Assembly: GCA_965206595.1 (NCBI GenBank)
Contig: OZ242214.1
Coordinates: 5,056,001 to 5,120,000 of the forward strand
Source: Candidatus Latescibacterota bacterium
Lineage (GTDB): Bacteria; Latescibacterota; UBA2968; UBA8231
Length of the DNA: 64,000 nucleotides
Direction of reading: 5' to 3'
The notes below the pieces were generated by a model, which was given only the letters and a program-made list of their open reading frames with translations, made no database searches and had not been told where the DNA came from. This document shows, piece by piece, positions 47,777-57,949 of the stretch. The first letter of the stretch is position 1. Each line of letters begins with the position of its first letter. Position numbers and translations under genes: made by a program.

Positions 47777-49483
47777 GTGATTCCTCGATCCTGTCCGCCG
47801 GCCCGAGAACTGTCTTCCCCCGCCGGCGAGCCTCCCCGTATGCCCCCCTGCATCCCGGATCCGGGACCACCTCGGCACTGGCTTCCCCTGCTCCTGGTCG
47901 CCGTCGCCTTCTCCGGAGTTCACTGTGCCAAGGTCGGCAGGCCACCTGGCGGGGAGGTCGACAGGACGGCCCCGGAAATCGTCGGCCATACCCCGGCGGC
48001 CGACGAAACGGAGGTGGCGGTGGAGAGCGCCATCGTTCTCCGTTTCAGCGAAGCAATGGATCGCAGGCGAACCGAGGAGGCCATCTTTATCGCTCCGCGA
48101 GTCGAGCTGCGCTTCCGTTGGAATGGTCGCACGCTTGAAGCATCCCCTGGCCGCCTTCTCGAGAAGCAGACCTACGTGATCACCGTCGGGACCGACACCA
48201 GGGACCGGCGCGGCAACTCGCTGCCGGAACCGTACACCTTCGCCTTCGCCACCGGGGCGGAATTGGATCAGAGGCGGCTCCACGGCCGCGTCTACGAGGA
48301 AGCGAGGCCTGCGGCCGGGGCCCGGGTATGGGCCTACGATGTCCGCCACTTCGAGGGACGCGTAGGCAGCGATCTCCCCGACTACCAGACGCAAGCCTCG
48401 CAGGACGGCTCGTACGAATTCAAACGCCTTTCCCCGGGGCGCTTCCTCGTGATCGCCTTTGGCGACAAAAACCGCAATTCGCGCCGGGACGCCGGCGAAT
48501 CCCTTGCCCTGCCCGCCCGCATTCACGACCTCTCGCAGAGCCAAGCTGTCCATGCAGGAGATCTGTTGATGGTCCCGGGACACCTGACCGCCCCCCGGCT
48601 GAAGCGGGCACAGCCCCTCGACGAGAACCGACTCCTCCTGGCCTTCGACCGCGAGGTGAACCCTCTGGACTCCGTAGTTGAAATCGATGGGATCGAGGTG
48701 CAGGCAGTCTATTCCAAGGCCCACGACCGAACCAGGCTGTACGTCCTCACCAGTCCCCAACAGGCAGGGGCAAAATACCGTTTCGCCAAGATCGTCGTCG
48801 AGAAACAGCAGATTTCGTGGGACCAGCCGTGGCGCGCCAGCACCCGAAAGGACAAGAAGGCTCCTTCCGTGGTCTCGGCAACCCCCTCGGAAATGGGAGC
48901 TGCCGGCGATTCACTGGTGATCGAGTTCGACGAAGGGATGTCCCCAGATACCCCCGCCGACGATTTCTGGATCGAGACCGACTCGACCACGTCAGTAGAC
49001 GGTACCTGGAGGTGGGAAACTCCGACGCGGTTGGTGCTGGTTCCGCACGAGTCCCTGAAACCGGGATCCTATTCCCTGCGCGGCCGGCTCGGACATCTGA
49101 GTGACAGCGGCGGCCTCGCCCCGTCCGACAGCCTCGTCGAGCTCCATTTCGAGGTGCTCCCCGCATCCGAATTGCCGTCTCTCTCAGGGACGGTCAGTGG
49201 GGAATCCCACCTCGATCTGAGCAAAGTGATGGTGATCGCCAGGCGTGTACCGGGTGAGGGCACCTACACCGCCGATTCCGACAGCAATGGAGCCTTCTCC
49301 CTCAAGGAGGTGCTCCCCGGAGAGTATTCGGTGATGGCATTTGCCGACCGCAACCGCAATCGCGTACCGGATGCCGGCACCCCGCATCCCTTCACGCCGG
49401 CTGAGGCCGTCTCGATCTCCGCGGACAAGGTGGTGGTTCGCAGGGGGCAATTGGCCGCAGGAATCGACCTCGAACTCAGGTGA
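47777..49483 (+). CDS. Ig-like (Big_5) domain lipoprotein
   Basis: CA...PPGG..D.TAP, FSEAMD, FAFATG, AFGDKNRN; start uncertain. Confidence 0.75.
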   Translation: MIPRSCPPARELSSPAGEPPRMPPCIPDPGPPRHWLPLLLVAVAFSGVHCAKVGRPPGGEVDRTAPEIVGHTPAADETEVAVESAIVLRFSEAMDRRRTEEAIFIAPRVELRFRWNGRTLEASPGRLLEKQTYVITVGTDTRDRRGNSLPEPYTFAFATGAELDQRRLHGRVYEEARPAAGARVWAYDVRHFEGRVGSDLPDYQTQASQDGSYEFKRLSPGRFLVIAFGDKNRNSRRDAGESLALPARIHDLSQSQAVHAGDLLMVPGHLTAPRLKRAQPLDENRLLLAFDREVNPLDSVVEIDGIEVQAVYSKAHDRTRLYVLTSPQQAGAKYRFAKIVVEKQQISWDQPWRASTRKDKKAPSVVSATPSEMGAAGDSLVIEFDEGMSPDTPADDFWIETDSTTSVDGTWRWETPTRLVLVPHESLKPGSYSLRGRLGHLSDSGGLAPSDSLVELHFEVLPASELPSLSGTVSGESHLDLSKVMVIARRVPGEGTYTADSDSNGAFSLKEVLPGEYSVMAFADRNRNRVPDAGTPHPFTPAEAVSISADKVVVRRGQLAAGIDLELR

Positions 49484-49492
49484 TGCGGCGAA

Positions 49493-49843
49493 ATGCGCTA
49501 TCTCCAGGTCCTCGGGGCCTTTTTTGTTCTCGGCGTAATCGGGATCATCCAGTTCTCACGGCTTAAGCCGGAAGAAACCGGCGAGATCGAGTTGACGGCC
49601 CGATTGGAGGCGTTTTACCTGATGCAGGCAGAATACCGCAGGGAGCACCAGGTGTTTTTCAACCCGCAGGCGGAACCGTACCGCAGCCAGTTGTCCTGGC
49701 TGCAGGAATGCGACTGCGAGGTGCGCTGGAGCCGCGAGGCGTTTTCCGTCGTCGCCCGCGCCGACTTCGACGGCGACGGAATCAGCGGGGTCTGGTGCAT
49801 CGGCCACGGGAGCCCCGAGGTCGAGAAGCTGGGCGAGGACTAG
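49493..49843 (+). CDS. small membrane-anchored pilin-like hypothetical protein
   Basis: N-terminal TM, L...Y..Q..Y helix and FSVVARADFDGDG...VW.I tail. Confidence 0.5.
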   Translation: MRYLQVLGAFFVLGVIGIIQFSRLKPEETGEIELTARLEAFYLMQAEYRREHQVFFNPQAEPYRSQLSWLQECDCEVRWSREAFSVVARADFDGDGISGVWCIGHGSPEVEKLGED

Positions 49844-49868
49844 CGCCAACTTTCACGACGGCATGCCG

Positions 49869-50765
49869 CTACCGGTCCACCGGGTGCAGGTGTGGCTGCA
49901 CCCGCCCTCCTTTCGGGTAGGACCCGATAACCGCGACGCTCGCGGCGATTCCCTCTGCCTCGGCAAGCGCCTGATCGACCGGCTCTTCACCGACAGCCCC
50001 CGAAAAGTCGACGTACACGTCGTAGAGGTACGGCTCGCCGAGTCGTTTGCGCGACTCAACTCTGTGCAGTCGGAGCTGTCTCGATGTCAGGCAGGTCAGA
50101 ATCTCACCCAGATCCCGGGCAGAATCCGCAAGGCTGATCACGGCGCTGGTCTTCATGTCGTCACTGCAGCTTTTCTCTGGGGCTGCGGCGACCACGAGAA
50201 AGCGGGTGTAGTTGTCCCGGCGCGATTCGATGGCCGAGGCGAGGACCTTCATCCCCTGATCCGCGGCTGCCTGCGCCGGTGCGATGGCGGCATCCTCGAG
50301 CTGCCCGGCCTCCTTGATCATGGCTACGGCGCCGGCGGTATCGTACACATCGTACAGCTCGACACCGTCGAGGGTGGACAGGAACTCCTCACACTGGGAC
50401 AGCGCCTGTGGATGAGAAGAGATGCGGCGAATCCGCGACAGATCGCTGGCGGGGTTGCCGATAAGGCAGTGACCGATGCGCAACGCCAGCTCGCCGACCA
50501 CAGGCAGGGGACTGCGAAGGAACAGGTCCCAGACCTCGTGGATACTGCCGGCCAGGGAGTTGTCGACCGGCGCCATACCGAAAGCTGCACTGCCTCCCCG
50601 CACCGCCTCGAACAGCTTTTCGAACGAAAAGCAGGCCACGAGGTCGCAATTCGGGCCGAAGTATTCAAGAGCCGCCAGCTCGCTGTTGCTGCCTCTTTCT
50701 CCCTGTATGGCGACGCTCGTAAGCGGTGCGGAGGAGGGCACGGCTCGGGAAGAGGTCCGGGGCAT
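49869..50765 (-). CDS. pheA: Prephenate dehydratase
   Basis: QGERGSNSE, PVDNSLAGSI, SHPQALSQC, NYTRF, ACT domain with ESR. Confidence 0.92.
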   Translation of the reverse strand: MPRTSSRAVPSSAPLTSVAIQGERGSNSELAALEYFGPNCDLVACFSFEKLFEAVRGGSAAFGMAPVDNSLAGSIHEVWDLFLRSPLPVVGELALRIGHCLIGNPASDLSRIRRISSHPQALSQCEEFLSTLDGVELYDVYDTAGAVAMIKEAGQLEDAAIAPAQAAADQGMKVLASAIESRRDNYTRFLVVAAAPEKSCSDDMKTSAVISLADSARDLGEILTCLTSRQLRLHRVESRKRLGEPYLYDVYVDFSGAVGEEPVDQALAEAEGIAASVAVIGSYPKGGRVQPHLHPVDR

Positions 50766-50767
50766 CG

Positions 50768-51562
50768 TTAAACGGCGATGGCCATCGGAATGGGAGGGTG
50801 CGGGCGGTACTTGACCAGCCTGAAGTCTTCGAGGCGAAAAGAGAAGATGTCCTGGTTGCGGTCCTCTATCACCATCTGCGGCAGTCGGCGTGGGTCGCGG
50901 CGCAGTTGTTCACGCAGCGACTCCACGTGGTTGTTGTAGATGTGAATGTCTCCGCCGGTCCACACGAAATCGCCGGGAACGAATCCGCACACTTGGGAGA
51001 GCATCAGCGTCAACAGGCTGTAGCTGGCGATGTTGAACGGCACTCCGAGCCCGACGTCGCAGCTGCGCTGGTAGAGTTGGCAACTGAGCTTGTTGCCTGC
51101 CACGAAGAACTGGAACAGACAGTGGCAGGGGGGCAGCGCCATGAGGTCGAGCTCTCCGGCGTTCCAGGCCGATACCACGAGCCGGCGACTGTGTGGGTTG
51201 GTGCGCAGCATCGCCACGAGCTGCCCGATCTGATCCACGGTCCGCCCGTCCGGGGTCGCCCACGAGCGCCATTGTTTCCCGTAGATGGGACCGAGGTCCC
51301 CGGAAGCGTCTGCCCATTCGTCCCAGATTCCGACACCGTTTTCGCGCAGGTAGGCGATGTTCGTGTCGCCCTGGAGGAACCACAACAGCTCGTGGATGAT
51401 GGCGCGAAGGTTCAGCTTCTTGGTGGTCAGGCATGGAAACCCCTCGCCGAGGTCGAAACGCATCTGGTGACCGAAGACAGCCAGGGTGCCGGTTCCGGTA
51501 CGGTCCGGTTTTTCGACTCCTTGGTCGAGAATGCGCTCGACCAACTGCAGGTATTGTTTCAC
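50768..51562 (-). CDS. thyA: Thymidylate synthase
   Basis: [30 protein letters not shown]. Confidence 0.98.
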   Translation of the reverse strand: MKQYLQLVERILDQGVEKPDRTGTGTLAVFGHQMRFDLGEGFPCLTTKKLNLRAIIHELLWFLQGDTNIAYLRENGVGIWDEWADASGDLGPIYGKQWRSWATPDGRTVDQIGQLVAMLRTNPHSRRLVVSAWNAGELDLMALPPCHCLFQFFVAGNKLSCQLYQRSCDVGLGVPFNIASYSLLTLMLSQVCGFVPGDFVWTGGDIHIYNNHVESLREQLRRDPRRLPQMVIEDRNQDIFSFRLEDFRLVKYRPHPPIPMAIAV

Positions 51563-51677
51563 AGGTTATTATGCCAGAAAATTGCCATTGAGAGTCGTCC
51601 ACAATATAGGAAAGCGAGGTCGACACGTCCGACACGGGGTCGCGTTCCGACCTCACAATCTGCCGCAAGTTCAAGTG

Positions 51678-51705
51678 TTGACAGCACTTCTAGAGCCAGT
51701 ATACT
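51678..51705 (+). promoter_or_regulatory. sigma70 promoter of the tRNA pair
   Basis: TTGACA-N16-TATACT 11 bp before tRNA-Cys. Confidence 0.7.
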
Positions 51706-51716
51706 TGCTTTTCCGA

Positions 51717-51790
51717 GGCGGCGTAGCCAAGTGGTAAGGCCGAGGCCTGCAAAGCCTTTATCCCCGGTTCGATTCCGGGCGCCGCCTCCA
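51717..51790 (+). tRNA. tRNA-Cys(GCA)
   Basis: GGCGGCG/CGCCGCC acceptor stem, CTGCAAA anticodon loop, GGTTCGATTCC, encoded CCA. Confidence 0.97.
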
Positions 51791-51832
51791 TTTTTCCTTC
51801 CATACCGCGCACAGCCCTCGTGCGCACCCGGG

Positions 51833-51921
51833 GCCGGGATGGCGAAATTGGTATACGCGATGGACTTAAAATCCATTGGCCGTTTGCGGCCGTGCCGGTT
51901 CGAATCCGGCTCCCGGCACCA
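51833..51921 (+). tRNA. tRNA-Leu(TAA)
   Basis: GCCGGGA/TCCCGGC stem, CTTAAAA loop, long variable arm, GGTTCGAATCC, encoded CCA. Confidence 0.97.
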
Positions 51922-52071
51922 GAAAAAACCACTGCTCGCGAGCTTCGAAAACCTCTGAAAACGAGGCTCCGCTCCCCTTGCCGCCTGCCCTCGGCCAATC
52001 CGGCTTGGCGGCCGCCCAACCGTGAAACAGCTGCACTCACCCCTGCAACGGTAGAAAGCCGAGGCTTTGTC

Positions 52072-52541
52072 GTGGACAACCGGGTAGGGTTCTTCCTCAA
52101 CCTCGATCAGGGGGGCATGAGTGACGAGGAAGTCGTAGAGATGCTTGCCGAGACCGGGTATCGGTGCATCGAGTACGGACTGCAGCACCTCAACCCCCGA
52201 ACCAGGAGCCCGTCGCAGCTGCGGCAACTGGTGGCAATGACGGAAGCCGGAGGGCTGACGGTGCCGGAATGGGTGATTCAGCGCGAATTCGTACATCGCG
52301 ACGATGCGGTCCGCAGGGACGAGATCGAGCTGACGAGCGAGTGCATCCGCGCCGGCGGCGACCTGGGGATCGAGGTGGTCAACTGCTTTTCATCGCCATG
52401 AAGCAGATCGGCTACCAAGGCTGCCTCAGTGTGGAGTTCGAGGCGTTCGACTACTTCGACGTAATCCTGAAGAAAGACCTCACTCGCGCCGCGCAGCTGT
52501 TCTACCGCGATTTCCAGAGACTGAACGAACAGTTCGGGTAA
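52072..52541 (+). pseudogene. sugar-phosphate isomerase/epimerase TIM-barrel, internally deleted
   Basis: N-part (LAETGYRCIE...LGIEVVNCF) joins out of frame at about 52390 to the C-part (MKQIGYQGCLSVEFE); the middle of the barrel is absent. Confidence 0.7.
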
Positions 52542-52671
52542 AACGGGCCACCAGCTGACCGGACCGCGTGGCTGGAGATAGTGCCTGCCTGTTCCCGCAA
52601 GTACCGGATCCACGAACGAACCAGCATCCGGATCCCGGTGGCTGCTTCCACCTTGAACGCTCTCCGAAGGG

Positions 52672-53259
52672 CTACGGCTTTCTCGCCAGCAGCTGCACGA
52701 CCGCCTCCCGCCTTCCGTTTTCAACCTCGTTCTCCACTTCGGCGAAATGCAGCAGCTCCCAGCCGGCAAACGCACGCCACAATGCCTCCGGATCGACCAA
52801 GTGGCCGGGATTGCTCGGGCCCCAGCCGAATTTCGCCTGGGCCTTCGCATAGGTCTGAAACAGGTAATGGCCACCGCTCTTGAGCGCCGTCCTGACAGAA
52901 GGAAAAAGCGCCGGTTCGTGGAAGTAGAGGTTCGTCGCGAGATCCCATCTCTCCACACCGGCGTCGAAGGACAGCAGATCGGCTGCAATCGTCTCGACTT
53001 CGACGCCTCGTTCGCCTGCGAGTCGGCGGCACCACGCCAATCCCGCCGGGGAGATGTCGACGGCGGTCACCGCGAACCCCTGTTCCGCCAAGTAGACGGC
53101 GTTCCTGCCGGCCCCCGCCGCCAGGCACAGGGCGCGCCCCGGCTTCAGTTCCCCGACCGACCGCACGAGAAACGGCACCGGCTCCCGGTTGGGCTCGAAC
53201 CCCTCCGTTTTGTACCGGGATTCCCATTTCTCCTTGGGAGATGGTGACGGCAGTGCCAT
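52672..53259 (-). CDS. class I SAM-dependent methyltransferase (TehB-like)
   Basis: RALCLAAGAGRNAVYLAEQGFAVTAVDIS, LKSGG. Confidence 0.88.
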   Translation of the reverse strand: MALPSPSPKEKWESRYKTEGFEPNREPVPFLVRSVGELKPGRALCLAAGAGRNAVYLAEQGFAVTAVDISPAGLAWCRRLAGERGVEVETIAADLLSFDAGVERWDLATNLYFHEPALFPSVRTALKSGGHYLFQTYAKAQAKFGWGPSNPGHLVDPEALWRAFAGWELLHFAEVENEVENGRREAVVQLLARKP

Positions 53260-53300
53260 ATTGTAGCAATCCTCAAACCGCTGCTTCAGGAGATAATCCC

Positions 53301-54557
53301 TTGGCCGCCAACCAGGCAACCATTTACTCCCGCGCCTTCTACGGCGACGAGGAAATCACCCTGACCTTTCCCGAGGGATGGGAGGTCACCGTGCTCGCTC
53401 CCGATGCGGCCCCCGCCCTCGGAGAATCCCAGCGCCGCGCGGCATTCGACCAGCCGATCGGGACGCCGCGGATCGCCGACATGGCGCGCGGAAAAAAGAG
53501 CGCCGCCATCGTCGTCGACGATCTCAGCCGGCCGACGCCGGCCAGCGAGCTGATCCCCTCGATACTGCGCGAACTTTCCGAAGCCGGCGTTCCCGCCGGT
53601 GAGATCAGCTTCGTCGTCGGATGCGGTTCGCACCGACCCCTGACCAGGGAAGAGATAGCCCTGAAGGTCGGGGCCGACATCGTCCGCGATTTTCCTGTCA
53701 CCTGTCACAATTTCATGAGCGGAAAGCTGCGCGGCATGGGGAACCTCGAAGATGGGACGCCCGTTTTCATCGATCCGGTCGTCGCCGCCGCCGACTTCAA
53801 AATCTGTCTCGGCGGCGTCTATCCGCACGGTGCGGTCGGGTTCGGCGGCGGTTCCAAGCTGATCCTCCCCGGCGTGTCGGGGTTCGCGACGATGTTCTGC
53901 TTTCACACCTACTACCCCGGCCGCGGCCAGGGTATCATCGAAAACCAGGGCGATCAGCGCGACGGGAGAGACGTCTCCGAAGATGTCGCCCGCCGTATCG
54001 GACTCGACGCCGTCGTAAATACCGTGCTCAATCACAGGCGGCAAGTGGCCGGACTGTTCGTGGGTGATTTTGTCGCCGCTCACCGCCAGGCAGCAGCGTT
54101 CGCCGGGAAAACGTACGGGACCGCCATCCCGGAGCAGGTACGGCGCCAGACCGATCTTCTCGTAGTCAACTGTTACCCTCTCGACTCCGACCCGATCCAG
54201 ACGGGCAAGGCGCTGTGGCCGCGGCGGTATTTCGACCGCACCTACACGGTCGCCATCAATCCCGCCTGCGACGGAATCTCCTACCACGGCCTGTACGACC
54301 GCCTGAACTACGAGCGCTTCCTGGAGAAAGAAAAGTCCCGGCCTTCGGCTGAATTCCCGCCGCCCCGAATCGGCAAACCGGACCAGACACTGGTCTGGTC
54401 CGAGCATTTTCCCGCTGCGGACTTCTACGAAAGACATCCTCAGGACATCCTCTTCCACGATTGGGAAAACCTGTTGTCCCAGCTGGCGGGCAGGCTGCCG
54501 GGCAAGGCGCGCGTCGCCCTGTTCCCATTCGCCAGCATCCAGCTCCTCGCCGACTGA
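53301..54557 (+). CDS. LarA-family (lactate racemase/DUF2088) nickel-pincer enzyme homolog
   Basis: PIGTP, VDDLSRPTP, GSHR, PHGAVGFGGGSKLILPG, Q..KAL; TTG start after AGGAG. Confidence 0.85.
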   Translation: MAANQATIYSRAFYGDEEITLTFPEGWEVTVLAPDAAPALGESQRRAAFDQPIGTPRIADMARGKKSAAIVVDDLSRPTPASELIPSILRELSEAGVPAGEISFVVGCGSHRPLTREEIALKVGADIVRDFPVTCHNFMSGKLRGMGNLEDGTPVFIDPVVAAADFKICLGGVYPHGAVGFGGGSKLILPGVSGFATMFCFHTYYPGRGQGIIENQGDQRDGRDVSEDVARRIGLDAVVNTVLNHRRQVAGLFVGDFVAAHRQAAAFAGKTYGTAIPEQVRRQTDLLVVNCYPLDSDPIQTGKALWPRRYFDRTYTVAINPACDGISYHGLYDRLNYERFLEKEKSRPSAEFPPPRIGKPDQTLVWSEHFPAADFYERHPQDILFHDWENLLSQLAGRLPGKARVALFPFASIQLLAD

Positions 54558-54648
54558 GCGAAGCCTGCACGGCAATTCGGCCCAACCAACCGCAAAAAAC
54601 CATCGGGGGATCCAGGCAAGGCAGGGCGCCAAACCGTAGCAGCGGACG

Positions 54649-55595
54649 CTACTTCCGGTCTCCTGTGCCGTAGCCCCCGTCGAAGAACGTCTTGAGGCCG
54701 GGGTGCTCCTGGATGTAGCTCTTGAGCTCGAGCACGATGTTCTCCTGCAGCTGAATGCTGAGCCCGCCGTCGACAGGCAGGACCACGCCGGTGATGAAAG
54801 CGGCCTCCTCCGAGCAGAGAAAGGAGACCGCGTTGCCGATGTCCTCCGGCACCCCGGTGCGCCGCACCGGATACTGCAGCTCGTGCAGTCTGAATCCGGC
54901 TTCGTTTGCAACCTCCGACCACAGCTTCTCCAGGCCCTCGGTTACAATGTGTCCCGGGGCAATGGCGTTGACGGTGATTCCGAGCGGCCCGAAGTCGATC
55001 GCCATCTGGCGCGTGAGCCCGATTACCGCGGCCTTTCCGGTTCGTACACCATGGTCCCTGCCGCCTGCAGCAGACCGTGCACGGAGGAGATGTTGACGAT
55101 GCGGCCGACCTCCATGGGCGGGGGAGAGCCGTGGCGTAGCCCGCCGCCCGCCCACGGCCCCGGATCGAACCCGGACGGCGGACCCGAATCCGTCATCGCC
55201 GGCACCCCGTACTTGGCGCCGAGGAAATGGGCCATCACCAGCAGGTCCATTCCCTTCCGCCAGGAATCGACGTCCACCTCGAGAGCGCTGCCGTCGGAAA
55301 ATCCGATCACTCCGTAGGCGTTCTGAACGAGAATGTCGAGGCGTCCGTACTCGTCGACGGCGCGCTCCACCATGCTCCGGGCGACCTCTTCCTTCGATAC
55401 GTCGCCGCGCATGGAGGACGCCGCACCTCCCGCCTCCCGGACCCGCCCGGCGCTGGCATCAGCTCCGGCCTCGTCGATGTCCACGATGAGGACCTTCGAC
55501 CCGTCGGCAGCCAGTTTGCGGGCGATGCCGGCGCCTATTCCGGTAGCCCCACCGGTAACGATGGCTGCCTTGCCCTGGTGTTTCATCTTGTTCAT
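54649..55595 (-). pseudogene. SDR-family oxidoreductase with a single frameshift
   Basis: TGGATGIG, IVNISSVHG, YE(T)GKAAV broken at about 55040, NAIAPG, VDGG. Confidence 0.8.
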
Positions 55596-55781
55596 GGTCC
55601 TTCCCTCCTTTTGGGGTCAAACTGTCCCGCTTCTCCTTGCAGCGGTCAAGCTCTTCGTGGCAACTCCGCCATAGTTTGGTTAGCCTGAAGGTCCCGTTGA
55701 ACCCATCCTGTCTGTGGCCTCCGCCGGAGAACTGGCCGCATCAACGGGCTTACTCCATCGCTTTCAGCCCGCCACGAATCG

Positions 55782-56683
55782 TTGAACGCTTCCAATCGCT
55801 TCGCGCCGGTTCTGGCTGCATCGAGCGCCTGCATCCTGGGCGGCACGATGGCCGTCGCCATGCGCTATCTGGTATCCTCCATCGAGCCGGTCACCCTCGC
55901 CATTTTCGCACCGGCGCAGGTGTCCTCTGTCTGTTGCCGGCGGCCTTGCTGACCCCGGGTCCCCGGTTCGCGCGGGGCGACCTGCTGCCGATTGCCCTCC
56001 TTGGAGTGATGTTCTTCGCGCTGTTCGGTCCCGGGTTCGCAACCGCCCTGAAGTACACCACCGCAACGCGTGCCGCCACCGAGATGGCCTTGGCGCCGAT
56101 CGTCACCCTGCTGGCTGCCGCGGCGATCGGACGCGAGTCGCTTACGCGCAACAAGCTGCTCGGGGCCCTGCTCTCCATCGCCGGAGTCGTCGTCGTCGTT
56201 AGTGAGCCGGCTTCTTCGAGCGCTGCCCAGGAAAGCCTGCGGGGAGACGCGATCGTCCTCGGGCTGGTCTGCCTGATCGCCCTTTTCAACACCTTGAGCC
56301 GTCCGTTCCTGCAGCGCTACCCACCGGTTCGCGTCACGACCTGCTTCATGGCTTGCGGATGGCTGGCGATGTTCTTGGTAGCACTGGCCGCGGACTGGAT
56401 CGAGCCGTTCCCGGAGCTTTCGGCCCTTCAATGGCTCGTTCTTCTCTACCTGGGCACCGTCGTCAGTGCCGTTCCCTCCTTCCTCTACCACTGGGCCCTG
56501 GGCAGAATCGAGGCAGGGCAGGTGACGGTGACTCTGGGGTTGAACCCGATTTCAGCGGCGTTTTTCGGAGTGCTGCTGCTCTCGGAGCCGCTCGCCTGGC
56601 AGCTTCTGGCCGGGCTCGTGCTGGTTCTGGCGGGGATATATCTTTCCGCCCGCCCGCTGGAGAAGAAACCCTCCCGACCTTAG
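55782..56683 (+). pseudogene. EamA/DMT transporter with frameshift near the N-terminus
   Basis: First TMs (..IEPVTLAI) in one frame, remainder (FRTG...LNPISAAFFGVLLLSE) in another; shift at about 55905. Confidence 0.75.
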
Positions 56684-56688
56684 CGACC

Positions 56689-57918
56689 GTGCCGGCCAGA
56701 CCAATCTGCTGTTCATCATCGCCGACCAGCTGCGCCACGACTTTCCAGGCTGTTACGGCGCCCCCTTCATCGCTAGCCCGAACATTGACCGCATCGCGGG
56801 CGAAGGGGTGCTTTACGAGCAGGCGTACAGCCCCCACCCCGTCTGCGTGTCAGCCCGCGTTGTCCTGCTGACCGGCTTGGACGCCGTCAAGACAGGGGTC
56901 ACCAACAACGGCCAGTTCCTGCGCCCGGATCACGCCGAAGCAGGTCTGCCTGCGTGGCCTCAGATGTTGCCTGCTGGACGGGTATTTCACCAGCGCCATA
57001 GGCAAGATGCATTTCTATCCCTGGGATGCGGCGTTCGGCTTCGCCCACCGCGTCATCTGCGAAGACAAGCGCTGGCAGCTTATCCAGGACGACTACTTCC
57101 ACTTTCTCGCCCGCCACGGCCACCGCAAGTACCACGGCAACGAGCACGAGGGGTATTTCGAGAACCGCGGGGCAATCGTCAGCCTGCTGCCCTGGGAGTG
57201 CTACTGGGACGGCTTCGTCGGCCGCGAAGCGGCCGCCTTTCTTCGCACCTGCGACAGCAGGGCCGTTCGCGGGGATGGTGAGCTTTCCGGGGCCTCACTG
57301 CCCGTACGACCCGACCCCGGAATACCTCGCCCGGTTCGACGAGGCGGACATGCCGGTCGCGGTTCCAGAAGTGGAGGGAGATCACCCCGAACCCCGTCCC
57401 TCAACGTCGAGGGCAACAAGCTGCCCTGGAACGGCGTCGATTACAGCGAGTTCACCGAGGCCCACAAGCGCAGGATCCGCGCCCATTACGCGGCGATGGT
57501 AAAGCAGATCGACGACCAGGCCGGTGAGATTCTGGCGGTCCTGGAAGAGAAGGGAACTCTCGATGACACGCTGGTTCTGTTCACCTCCGACCACGGGGAC
57601 AGCCTCGGCGACCACAACCTCAATGGAAAGGGAACCTTCTTCGAGGGCAGCTGCCACATTCCGCTCGTCGTAAAGCCGTCTCGAAGCGGAGACGCCCATC
57701 GTCTACCGCCTTCAAGCCGCTGCAGCGACTTGGTTTCCCTGACCGACGTCACCGCCACCCTGCTCCCTTTCGCCGGCGTCGACCTGCCGGAGTACATGGA
57801 CTCGCTGCCGCTGCCCGGCCTCGGCCTGCCCACGCGGCAACGCGACGCGCAGGGCCGGCTACGCCGGCTGATTTGCGCTGCCGGCACCGACCGTGAGAGT
57901 TTGGCGGGCGCCTCGTAG
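56689..57918 (+). pseudogene. sulfatase, multiply frameshifted
   Basis: NLLFIIADQLR, CVSAR..LLTG, IGKMHF, PHCPYD, FTSDHGD; frame changes at about 56702, 56975, 57260 and 57395; short C-terminus. Confidence 0.85.
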
Positions 57919-57949
57919 AATACCTTCTTACGCAACCGGCGGGGAGCCC

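Noticed and set aside
51599-51614. NrdR box upstream of thyA (CACAATATAGG)
   Set aside because: Only a half-site matches; more likely the thyA -10 element
46745-52000. Prophage or integrative island using the recombinase and tRNA sites
   Set aside because: The recombinase is in the chromosomal topA-xerC position; no phage genes and no repeat of either tRNA 3' end were seen in the window
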